NCBI RefSeq assembly: GCF_000148385.1
Contig: NC_014537.1
Location: 1,260,001 to 1,292,000 of the forward strand
Length of the DNA: 32,000 nt
Direction of reading: 5' to 3'
Source: Vulcanisaeta distributa DSM 14429
Lineage (GTDB): Archaea > Thermoproteota > Thermoprotei > Thermoproteales > Thermocladiaceae
The position numbers and the translations under genes are program-made. The first letter of the stretch is position 1, and each line of letters opens with the position of its first letter. This document shows, piece by piece, positions 24,544 through 32,000 of this stretch. The notes below the pieces were generated by a model. It was not told the origin of the DNA. It saw only the letters and a list, made by a program, of their open reading frames with translations, and did no database searches.

Positions 24544-24899
24544 GCAACCAAAATAGTACTAACAACTAGGTTGCACAGAGCATAATGTATAAATTTCCAG
24601 ACATACAGTCAATAATTCAATGTAATATATCAATATTAATTATGATTTAACTCTTACATTCAGCGTGTGTGAGGTGGGTCGGGTGCGCGCATATTTTTCG
24701 TATTATTTCTATTTCTGATTAATATTCAATTACTAATGAAGTAAACTATATAGATTGTTGATGTAATTATGGGATTACATATATAATCTAGTGATATATG
24801 TTATTGTAAATGTGTTGTTGTTTGTTTTTATATATTATGTAAATTATATATTGTAAGTAATGTGAATACTTAATTATTTTGATAGGTTATTATTTCAAT

Positions 24900-25739
24900 A
24901 TGCCATATGCAATTTCCAGTGATGGTACTAAGATTTACTATGAGGTAGTTGGTAGGGGTGAGCCGTTGGTTTTGGTTCAGGGTTTTAGTTGGGACTTGGC
25001 TGCCTGGCATTTCCAGTGGGAGTTGGCTTATAGGTTTAGGCTTGTCCTTATTGATAATAGGGGTGTGGGGCTCTCGGACAAGCCGAGGGGGCCGTACTCC
25101 CTGGATTCCATGGCCGACGACGTATATGCAGTGGTTAGTGAGCTTGGGTTTAGGTCTATTCACCTGCTTGGTTTCTCTATGGGTGGTATGATTGCCCAGA
25201 ACTTCGTGCTTAGGCACGGTGATGTGGTCAAGTCCTTAATCCTGGTCTCCACAATGCCCCACCTGGAAATAACCCCAGAGCTTAGGCAGTTTACTGAGAT
25301 GGCCCTTAAATTATATGATGACTTCAACATGTTCGCCGGCGCACTGCAGGTTGCCTTTAGCGAGGGCTGGGTTAGTAGGAATGAGCAGGTCTTCCATGAA
25401 TTAACGAGGATGTTCTTCAACAGGAGGATGCCCAAGGAGGCTTACGTGGCTCAGTTGGAGGTGATGGGTGTTGACCTGACGCCCAGGCTTGGCGAGATTA
25501 GGGTGCCCACCACGATTATTCATGGGGAGGCCGATAGGCTAATACCCATTGAGAATGGTAGGAAGTTATTCAATGGTATACCGAATTCCAGGTTCGTGAT
25601 CTTCCCCGACGCTGGCCATGCTGTGTATATTGAAAGGCCCAGTGAGTTTAATGAGCAGGTCATTCATCACGTGGAGCTTGTGAATTCCGGTAGGTTTAGT
25701 GAGTATGTTAAGCGTGAGGAGAGGGTAACCTATACGTGA
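24900..25739 (+). CDS. Alpha/beta hydrolase
   Basis: Nucleophile elbow GFSMGG, the late D/H pair HGEADRLIP...DAGHAV, and the N-terminal pattern DGTKIYYEVVGRGEPLVLVQG. The track start is TTG 24879; ATG 24900 is preferred. Confidence 0.85.
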   Translation: MPYAISSDGTKIYYEVVGRGEPLVLVQGFSWDLAAWHFQWELAYRFRLVLIDNRGVGLSDKPRGPYSLDSMADDVYAVVSELGFRSIHLLGFSMGGMIAQNFVLRHGDVVKSLILVSTMPHLEITPELRQFTEMALKLYDDFNMFAGALQVAFSEGWVSRNEQVFHELTRMFFNRRMPKEAYVAQLEVMGVDLTPRLGEIRVPTTIIHGEADRLIPIENGRKLFNGIPNSRFVIFPDAGHAVYIERPSEFNEQVIHHVELVNSGRFSEYVKREERVTYT

Positions 25740-25762
25740 TTTTATCCTGCCGTTAAAATCAA

Positions 25763-26866
25763 TCACTTAATCTTTGCCTGATCCTCTGGCTTAACGATCC
25801 ACCTATCAACATACCTACTCATGTTCTGAAGAACCACTATCCTACTCGGCTCATCCTCATCCATGTACCTAAAGTTACCACCAAGCCTATTAATCTCCTC
25901 AAGTAGCCTCATGGCCCACTCCCTAACCTCCTCATGCCTAAGCATATCACTCCTCTTCAGCCTAAATGTGGAGTGGCCCAGGTGCATGTAGGACTTAACC
26001 TCGATGAAGTGTGGATTGCCGATTAGCATGAGCTTCGCGAATTCGGGTATGTACTTGAAGTCGTAGTTAAGGCTTCTAATCAGGGTTATCCTAATGACGG
26101 TTCTAGTATTCAATTTACTCAGTAACTCAAGGCTCCTTAACCACCTCTCCCACGCATCCTCCCTGTACATCACAGGTACATTAATCCTATAGAACAACTC
26201 CTTATTTGGCGCATTGCAGGATAGGTACAACTGCGTTGGCAGCGCATCTTCACGCTGTAGCCTTTCTAGCATCTCTGGGTGCTCTCCATTAGTGACTATG
26301 AATACGGACTTAGTACTCGGTAAACTCTTGAGGTACTTAACAAGCTGCGGTAGTTTTGGGTACAGTGTCGGCTCCCCAGAAAGTGATATTGACCAATGCG
26401 TTGGCACCAGGGCCTCCTTAGCCCTCTCCTTGGACTTCGGGTTCCCGAAGTAGCCTGTCAATAGCCTATACCTCTCCTTGAGTATTCCCTGAATCAACTC
26501 CTCAGGATCATCAACCAAGCCCTCACTGGGTACGAAGGAGTCGAAGGACTCCGTAGGTCTCCAACAATAGACGCACCTATTACTGCATATCATACCCACT
26601 GGGCTAAATTCAGCGCATCTATGAGAACCACCTGCTGGTGCTCCATAGAACTTAAACTTATAGCAACTCTGTCCCTTAACCAAGGCGCTTTTTGTCCAAT
26701 GGCATAACTCAACGGTTGAGTGGTTATATATGCCGTAGCTAGCCTTTATTAATTTCGTCTTTGTCTCGTCAGTGATTCGTATCCTAATCCTACCATTAAC
26801 CTCACCAATTGTGTGATACTTCAGTGACTCCTTAATTGCCTGCTCAATTTTCTCCATTAATATCAA
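25763..26866 (-). CDS. taw1: tRNA 4-demethylwyosine synthase (radical SAM, TYW1/Taw1)
   Basis: CYKFKFYG...HRCAEFSP...CSNRCVYCWRP (radical-SAM cluster plus auxiliary Cys). ~360 aa. ATG at 26857 is an alternative start. Confidence 0.85.
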   Translation of the reverse strand: MILMEKIEQAIKESLKYHTIGEVNGRIRIRITDETKTKLIKASYGIYNHSTVELCHWTKSALVKGQSCYKFKFYGAPAGGSHRCAEFSPVGMICSNRCVYCWRPTESFDSFVPSEGLVDDPEELIQGILKERYRLLTGYFGNPKSKERAKEALVPTHWSISLSGEPTLYPKLPQLVKYLKSLPSTKSVFIVTNGEHPEMLERLQREDALPTQLYLSCNAPNKELFYRINVPVMYREDAWERWLRSLELLSKLNTRTVIRITLIRSLNYDFKYIPEFAKLMLIGNPHFIEVKSYMHLGHSTFRLKRSDMLRHEEVREWAMRLLEEINRLGGNFRYMDEDEPSRIVVLQNMSRYVDRWIVKPEDQAKIK

Positions 26867-26917
26867 GCCATTATGTCCTAATTTAAAATATAAACTTTTA
26901 TCTAGTCATTAATTTAG

Positions 26918-27535
26918 CTAAATAACGCCACCACCAATCCTCCTCCAAAGCGTGGAATACCAGGTCGGCGTGGTTAATTCGCTAATGCTAACGGACCTAT
27001 CGGGAGTGTATGGCTTAATGTCCAGTATCGGTGTACCATCGAATAGGTCAAGCCCAGAAACCCTGAGGAACCTTCCATCCCTACTAACGAGCCTAACAAT
27101 ACTAAGGCCGATGGGGTTTGGCCTATGTGGTGAGTCTGACGCGAATACGCCAACTTCGGGTAATTCATCAAGGCTTACCCCAAACTTCACAAGCCTCCTG
27201 GGCTTAACCACAAGGATATTTCGTTGATCCCTAGTGACTTTATTAAACAACGAGATTAATATTATGTGTGAGAAGCCGTCAATGTTTCTCAGTCCATCAA
27301 CAAACTCCTCAAAAACCTCAATAACACCATCAACACCTTTACCAGACGCCCTCACCACGTCATCACTGAGTCCATGCCTAACAATACCAATTGGCCTCAG
27401 GAATAACCCGTCATTGTTCACCACGAAGTACTTGGATAATTCGTTATAGGCATCATTATCTCTAAGTAATTCAATTATTAGGGCACTTAATAATCCATTT
27501 TTCTTGATAATATTCATAATCTCTTTAATATCCAC
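26918..27535 (-). CDS. TsaA/YaeB (TrmO-like) SAM-dependent tRNA methyltransferase family protein with N-terminal extension
   Basis: RPNPIGLSIVRLVSRDGRFLRVSGLDLFDGTPILDIKPY is the hallmark TsaA-like block. IGIVRH starts the domain at about aa 49. Confidence 0.8.
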   Translation of the reverse strand: MDIKEIMNIIKKNGLLSALIIELLRDNDAYNELSKYFVVNNDGLFLRPIGIVRHGLSDDVVRASGKGVDGVIEVFEEFVDGLRNIDGFSHIILISLFNKVTRDQRNILVVKPRRLVKFGVSLDELPEVGVFASDSPHRPNPIGLSIVRLVSRDGRFLRVSGLDLFDGTPILDIKPYTPDRSVSISELTTPTWYSTLWRRIGGGVI

Positions 27536-28009
27536 AAAACCGTAATTAATATGTACTGCATTTAAATATTATTTTGTTATGCAAGGTTGAAATATAAAAG
27601 AAAATCGTGAATACAAGGCATTTTAGAATTGCATTAATAATAAGCCTATCGTATTGACTATAATCATATTTAGCCTTATCAATGCAACCTATTACTATAA
27701 AAGTACGGTAATGTACAGGGTGTCTCAAATAATGTTAATGCATTTTTAGGCTAACTTTGGTGATAATGGTTATTGTTATTATAATAGCGCTGGTGGCTTT
27801 AGCGAGTACTAAGTATCACAATTACGTGGTATTAATAATCATAATTGATAATTGACTTTATTAAGTAAGTATTTAGGGTTTACTCATGTTTAGTAAAATA
27901 AAAATAACGTAATATCAATTGAGGCAGTATTTCGTAGATGATTCATGGTTAGGGTCATCACTGATTATGGCTAACGCGTTAGTAATTTAGCTAGGACTAG
28001 TACGTAGTA

Positions 28010-28573
28010 ATGATGGTTAGTAATTACGGTTACTTTGAGCAATTCGACGAAAGGACCGCGAGGATATATAGGTTCCTTGAGGTGTTACTGCTATGGAGTT
28101 ATAAGTTAACGGCGAATACTCTTAGGAAATTCGTGAAGCCACCGGCGAGGATCCTTGAAATAGGGCCAGGCACTGGTAGGTTAGCCAACATACTAAGTGG
28201 TTATGGTTATCACGTCGTCGGTGCTGACGTGAGCCTACCAATGCTTAGGCAGGCCAGGAGGTTTTGGAGACCTGACTTTGTAAATGCAGGTAGTTGGGCA
28301 TTACCAATTACGCCGGGTAGGTTTGACGCCGCTATAGCCATGTTCACACTCCATCACTGGGGCGACCACGCACTATCTATTAGGAATGTCTACGACTCAT
28401 TAAGGCCTAACTCCGTGTTCATAATCGTTGAGGCTGATGCTGATAAGATTGGGACATTAGGGAGTCATTCATGCAGTGAGAGATGTTTAGCGAACGTACT
28501 GACTCCCTACTTTAATGCTGATTTCATCAGGTCATTCCCATTGATAATAGCCATTGGTAGGAAGTTAAAGTAA
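28010..28573 (+). CDS. Class I SAM-dependent methyltransferase
   Basis: Motif I ILEIGPGTGRL, then VVGADVSLPML, then FDAAIAMFTLHH. Confidence 0.8.
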   Translation: MMVSNYGYFEQFDERTARIYRFLEVLLLWSYKLTANTLRKFVKPPARILEIGPGTGRLANILSGYGYHVVGADVSLPMLRQARRFWRPDFVNAGSWALPITPGRFDAAIAMFTLHHWGDHALSIRNVYDSLRPNSVFIIVEADADKIGTLGSHSCSERCLANVLTPYFNADFIRSFPLIIAIGRKLK

Positions 28574-28599
28574 TTAATACGGCATGAATTTAGTAATGG

Positions 28600-29016
28600 A
28601 TGAGTGGTTTATATGTTAGTAAATTAAAGAGGAGAGCCCTGAATGCACTTCGTATTGCCGAGAATACCGATGATTTTGATTTAGCAATGTTCCTCATAGA
28701 TCAGGCACTTCAACTCTACATAAAGGCTGTTTATTTCGAGTTGTTCGGGTCTAAGGTTAGGGGTCACGGCATTAGGGAATTGATTGGTATGTTGATCAAG
28801 GGACTTGGGTCCCAGGGCTTTAGTGAATTAGTGCGTGAGTTGAGGGATTTTGTGATTTATAATAGGGATATACTGATAATGCTTGAGGAGGCGTACACCG
28901 AGGGTAGGTATGGTGAAATTAGCTATGACATTGATGATATATCTAAAGCACTTAATGTGGCTAAGGAATTAATAAGATTGTTAGATAGGGTTGTTAGTAA
29001 TGTCAAGTTGGGTTAG
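28600..29016 (+). CDS. hepT: HEPN-domain toxin of HEPN-MNT pair
   Basis: ALQLYIKAVYFELFG...VRGHGIRELI, sharing the RGH[SG]I core with the HEPN at 13338-13766. 26-nt overlap with the MNT gene. Confidence 0.8.
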   Translation: MSGLYVSKLKRRALNALRIAENTDDFDLAMFLIDQALQLYIKAVYFELFGSKVRGHGIRELIGMLIKGLGSQGFSELVRELRDFVIYNRDILIMLEEAYTEGRYGEISYDIDDISKALNVAKELIRLLDRVVSNVKLG

Positions 29017-29353
29017 GTACCACTTCGAGCACCTGAGGAGATGGAGAGAGTATGCAGTGGCGGTTATGAGGGCTGCCAGGGACTTAATACCGGGTGTTAG
29101 GGTTTTCGTCATTGGTGGGGTTGCTGAGGGTAGGACAACGGTCCTTAGTGACATAGACATACTAATAATCATACCAAGGGAAGTCACCGTGAATAAGGGG
29201 AGGCTTTATAGGGACATTCTCATTAGGGCTATGGATGTCTACGGCCTTCCCTGGGATGCACCCGTAGAACTACACATTGTTAACGATGATGAGGGCAGGT
29301 ATTATTTTGAGTCATCAAGTAGGGTTATTGAGATTGATGATGGCTCTAGGTAA
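28991..29353 (+). CDS. mntA: Minimal nucleotidyltransferase (MNT) antitoxin
   Basis: VFVIGGVAEGRTTVLSDIDILIIIP (GG..EG...DxD). Confidence 0.85.
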   Translation: MLVMSSWVRYHFEHLRRWREYAVAVMRAARDLIPGVRVFVIGGVAEGRTTVLSDIDILIIIPREVTVNKGRLYRDILIRAMDVYGLPWDAPVELHIVNDDEGRYYFESSSRVIEIDDGSR

Positions 29354-29576
29354 AGCAGCCGTGCCTTAGGTAATGGAGTACGTAACCCACAGATGCACCT
29401 TCAATTGCCGTAACTGATGCAGCGACTATGATGTTTATTAATGGGGGTGGGTCGATTATTGTCGTAAATAGGGCTAGGATAATTGCTAGAGCGAGCTGCG
29501 ATAATGCCAACGCCTTAAGTGATCCCTTATTCACCATGCACTTAATTTCCCTCTTGATTTCTAGTTGACTTTTCAT
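29346..29576 (-). CDS. Small two-helix membrane protein (hypothetical)
   Basis: 76 aa with two hydrophobic segments (LALSQLALAIILALFTTII and INIIVAASVTAIEGASVGYVL). It lies 54 nt downstream of the DUF255 gene on the same strand. Confidence 0.4.
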   Translation of the reverse strand: MKSQLEIKREIKCMVNKGSLKALALSQLALAIILALFTTIIDPPPLINIIVAASVTAIEGASVGYVLHYLRHGCFT

Positions 29577-29630
29577 TAATAATTATATTATTTATTGTAT
29601 TTATTTAAGCATTTCTTAGCGTATGAATAA

Positions 29631-31712
29631 TTATGCATACCTATCACGCATAAAATCAGTAAGTACGTTACGTAAAGTCTCCTCATTAACTATGGGTGTG
29701 GTGCATGCGGAATATGCACAGACATACGCCAACGGGCTCCCTTTTCTCCTGTATTCATTTACCATAGCCCTTATTGAGTTATCCATTAATAAGTCGTCGA
29801 CGCTATCACTAATAATTGGGATCACCAACTTACCTGGCCTAAAGGTCCTTAATGCCATTCTTAAAAGTCTTATGAAATCGTCATTGGCATCACCAACAAT
29901 TACCACCTTAGGTGGATCCCTCAAGTACCAATCAAGGGCTATGAAGTATGATGATGCAGCGGGTCCGTACCTCATTGCCAGGGAGTATAACGCCCTTATT
30001 CCGTTATTAACCTCCTTGCTGAACTTGTCAATGCCAGTCACCCTATATAGGTTCATTAAAGCAATCAACGCCAGGGAGTTTGGGCTCCAATTCGGCGTGT
30101 CTGCAATGGGCTTTATCCTTAGCGTCATTGGCTCATCGGGCATGTCCGTATCGTAGAAACCACCATCTGGCGCCCTAAACTTATCAACTATGTCATTACC
30201 GAGCTTAATCGCGAACTCCAGGTACTTCCTATCACCCGTATGACTATACGCCATCAACGCAGCTAGAAGAGTATAGGAATAATCCTCTAGCAAACCTGGT
30301 AGCGAAAGAGTGTTGCATCTGAATGCCCTACGTAATCCGTCACTTCTATACATATTATTCATAATGAAGTCGATGATCTTTAATGAATGTTCAATTACGC
30401 CGTTAATGCTCATGTAGTCACTAGCCATTGTATACGCAATAGCCATGGCTGAGGACCAGCCTGCGTATATCGTGGTATCTATTCGAGGGCTCTTTCTCTG
30501 TCTTCTTGCATTAATCATCTTACTTATTGCGGAGTTAAGCAATGACCTAGCCATATTAATGCTGATGCCCAACTTATTAGCGACCTCCTCAATACTTAAC
30601 GCTCTATGCAGGACAGCCTTCTCATTACCCCGAAACTTAAATATGCCGAAGTACCAATAAATAATGTTAAACTCATCATTCGATAGTAACCCCCTCAACT
30701 CATCAACACTCCACTTATAGTAGCCACCCTCATCCTTAAAATCAACATCGGCATCCTGACTGGCGTAGTAACCGCCGTCTGGGTTTGCCAACGTATCATT
30801 AACGTAATTAATAATGCCCACCCCAATTTCTCGTAACTCATCATCCATGGTAATGGCGTATGCCTCGGAATAATTCATTAGAAGCTCGGCATTATCAATG
30901 AGTAACTTCTCAAAGTGTGGTATCAACCAACCACTATCCACGGAATACCTATGGAAACCACCACCCAACTGATCATAAATACCGCCCCTCCCCATCCTTA
31001 TTAATGTTTCACGTACAATATTGATTAAGGCGCTACCCGTGTAGAAGCCCCTATAAAGTAATAGTGCGTGGTACGTGACCTGGGGAAACTTAGGCGCCAT
31101 TCCGAAACCGCCATGCTCATTGTCGTACATATCCACGATCTTAACCACCACATCATCCACAACACCAATGTCCAAATTATCAGTGACGGTGGAGACGTAG
31201 GAGCTTGTTATTGCATTGCTAATCTCCCTAATTAGTTCACCTATCTGATCCCTCCTACTTCTATAGGCGTCTAGTACGGCCCTTAATACCCTAACCATAC
31301 CAGGTAAGCCCATGCCATCCCTAGGCGGGAAGTAGGTACCGGCGTAGATAACCTCACCCTTAGGCGTTGCGAAGACTGTCAACGGCCATCCACCCTGCCC
31401 AGCAATTAATAATGCAGCCTCCTGATACCTCCTATCAATATCGGGTCTCTCATCCCTATCCACCTTAATTGGTATGAAGTAATCATTTATTAATTGGACA
31501 ACCTCCGGATCCTTATACGTGGTCTCATCCATAACATGGCACCAGTGGCACCACCCAGCACCAATGTCAATTAGTAATGGCTTATCCTCATTTATGGCCT
31601 TCTCAAAGGCCTTAGCACACCAACCCCACCACTTTACCGGGCTGTTCAGAGCCTCAAGTACGTAGGGTGACCGTGATTGTGAAAGACATTGAATCCTCTC
31701 ATCAATATCCAT
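29631..31712 (-). CDS. Thioredoxin-domain protein, DUF255/YyaL family (N-terminal Trx fold plus (alpha/alpha)6 barrel)
   Basis: SPYVLEALNSPVKWWGW...KPLLIDIGAGWCHWCHVM...DRDERPDID...GGWPL. 693 aa. Confidence 0.9.
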   Translation of the reverse strand: MDIDERIQCLSQSRSPYVLEALNSPVKWWGWCAKAFEKAINEDKPLLIDIGAGWCHWCHVMDETTYKDPEVVQLINDYFIPIKVDRDERPDIDRRYQEAALLIAGQGGWPLTVFATPKGEVIYAGTYFPPRDGMGLPGMVRVLRAVLDAYRSRRDQIGELIREISNAITSSYVSTVTDNLDIGVVDDVVVKIVDMYDNEHGGFGMAPKFPQVTYHALLLYRGFYTGSALINIVRETLIRMGRGGIYDQLGGGFHRYSVDSGWLIPHFEKLLIDNAELLMNYSEAYAITMDDELREIGVGIINYVNDTLANPDGGYYASQDADVDFKDEGGYYKWSVDELRGLLSNDEFNIIYWYFGIFKFRGNEKAVLHRALSIEEVANKLGISINMARSLLNSAISKMINARRQRKSPRIDTTIYAGWSSAMAIAYTMASDYMSINGVIEHSLKIIDFIMNNMYRSDGLRRAFRCNTLSLPGLLEDYSYTLLAALMAYSHTGDRKYLEFAIKLGNDIVDKFRAPDGGFYDTDMPDEPMTLRIKPIADTPNWSPNSLALIALMNLYRVTGIDKFSKEVNNGIRALYSLAMRYGPAASSYFIALDWYLRDPPKVVIVGDANDDFIRLLRMALRTFRPGKLVIPIISDSVDDLLMDNSIRAMVNEYRRKGSPLAYVCAYSACTTPIVNEETLRNVLTDFMRDRYA

Positions 31713-31784
31713 TAATTCAATGTATATATACGTGTTAAAAAGGGTGCCTACTAAGTTTAGTAAATACTAACACGGCATTGGTAG

Positions 31785-32000
31785 TCAAGGTTCCTCGCCA
31801 CGTTTAATTGGGGCACCACGACTTATCCAATCAAGCCAGGAACCAAGGTAAACCCTAACCTTACTAAAGCCAAGTAACTCTGTTAAGGCAAACCACACAA
31901 GGGCCGACCTACCGCCAGTCCTACAATAAAGTATTATGTTGTCATTTTGTGAAAGTCCGTACCTATCAACCACCTTCACAATCTCATCACGATCCCTAAA
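31785..32000 (-). CDS. Rhodanese-domain sulfurtransferase (C-terminal part; 5' end outside window)
   Basis: Active-site loop YCRTGGRS. The frame stays open upstream of the track Met to base 32000 (...FRDRDEIVKVVDRYG...). Confidence 0.8.
   Translation of the reverse strand, partial: FRDRDEIVKVVDRYGLSQNDNIILYCRTGGRSALVWFALTELLGFSKVRVYLGSWLDWISRGAPIKRGEEP

Noticed and set aside
24665-24697. G-rich tract GTGTGTGAGGTGGGTCGGGTGCGCGC followed by TTTTT, considered as a G-quadruplex
   Set aside because: There are only two GGG runs, so it is not a canonical G4. It more likely contributes to termination of the ParA-like operon (GC-rich segment followed by a T5 run), and that too is unproven.
24914-24925. 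TTCCAGTGATGG resembling part of an archaeal origin recognition box, next to an AT-rich region
   Set aside because: It lies inside the alpha/beta hydrolase coding sequence. It is a single partial copy with no inverted partner, and there is no cdc6/orc1 gene nearby.
27546-27728. 60-aa minus-strand ORF upstream of the TrmO-like gene
   Set aside because: It sits in AT-rich spacer DNA and has an implausible composition (I/F/K/Y-rich) with no motif. It is likely spurious.
29623-30156. 177-aa plus-strand ORF
   Set aside because: It is entirely antisense to the well-supported DUF255 thioredoxin-domain gene. The product is S/L/I-rich shadow sequence.
1-32000. Search by eye for CRISPR arrays, IS elements with terminal inverted repeats, rRNA/tRNA genes and integrase-flanked islands
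   Set aside because: I saw no regularly spaced repeat array, no transposase/TnpB/integrase other than the solitary serine recombinase, and no cloverleaf-compatible sequence. An eye scan cannot exclude short or diverged direct repeats, so a computational self-dotplot is still needed.

Overview
This is a gene-dense 32-kb chromosomal segment with about 42 CDS on both strands. It reads like a hyperthermophilic crenarchaeon, probably Thermoproteales-like. That is an inference from a thermopsin-family protease, Nre, Taw1, a DUF255 thioredoxin protein and TATA boxes about 25 nt upstream of many start codons; no rRNA or tRNA is present to confirm it. Housekeeping genes include an APC permease, a CinA-like protein, a 2-hydroxyacid dehydrogenase, an endonuclease IV-like TIM barrel, three radical-SAM enzymes, the tRNA-modification enzymes Taw1 and TrmO-like, an alpha/beta hydrolase, and rhodanese/DsrE/CoADR-type sulfur proteins. 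These are interleaved with four toxin-antitoxin pairs (2 VapBC, 2 HEPN-MNT) and a solitary serine recombinase. A more AT-rich, accessory-looking stretch (~14.9-24.9 kb) carries secreted or membrane-anchored proteins and a pilin-like protein next to a multidomain thermopsin. It also has two unusually long non-coding spacers (766 and 724 bp). The best candidate for something undescribed is the two-gene module at 23231-24543. It pairs a ParA/MinD-fold ATPase that lacks the signature lysine and has a C-terminal extension with a small protein whose motif spacing looks like a PD-(D/E)xK (Hjc-like) nuclease, apparently in one operon. The second candidate is the 724-bp convergent spacer at 16174-16897, which holds a small ORF, a hairpin, a GC-rich island and a thrice-repeated GTCTGAT motif, suggesting an unannotated RNA. 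I found no CRISPR array, IS element, rRNA or convincing tRNA. All functional calls come from motif recognition by eye on the supplied translations or my own translation of edge ORFs. No database search was run.
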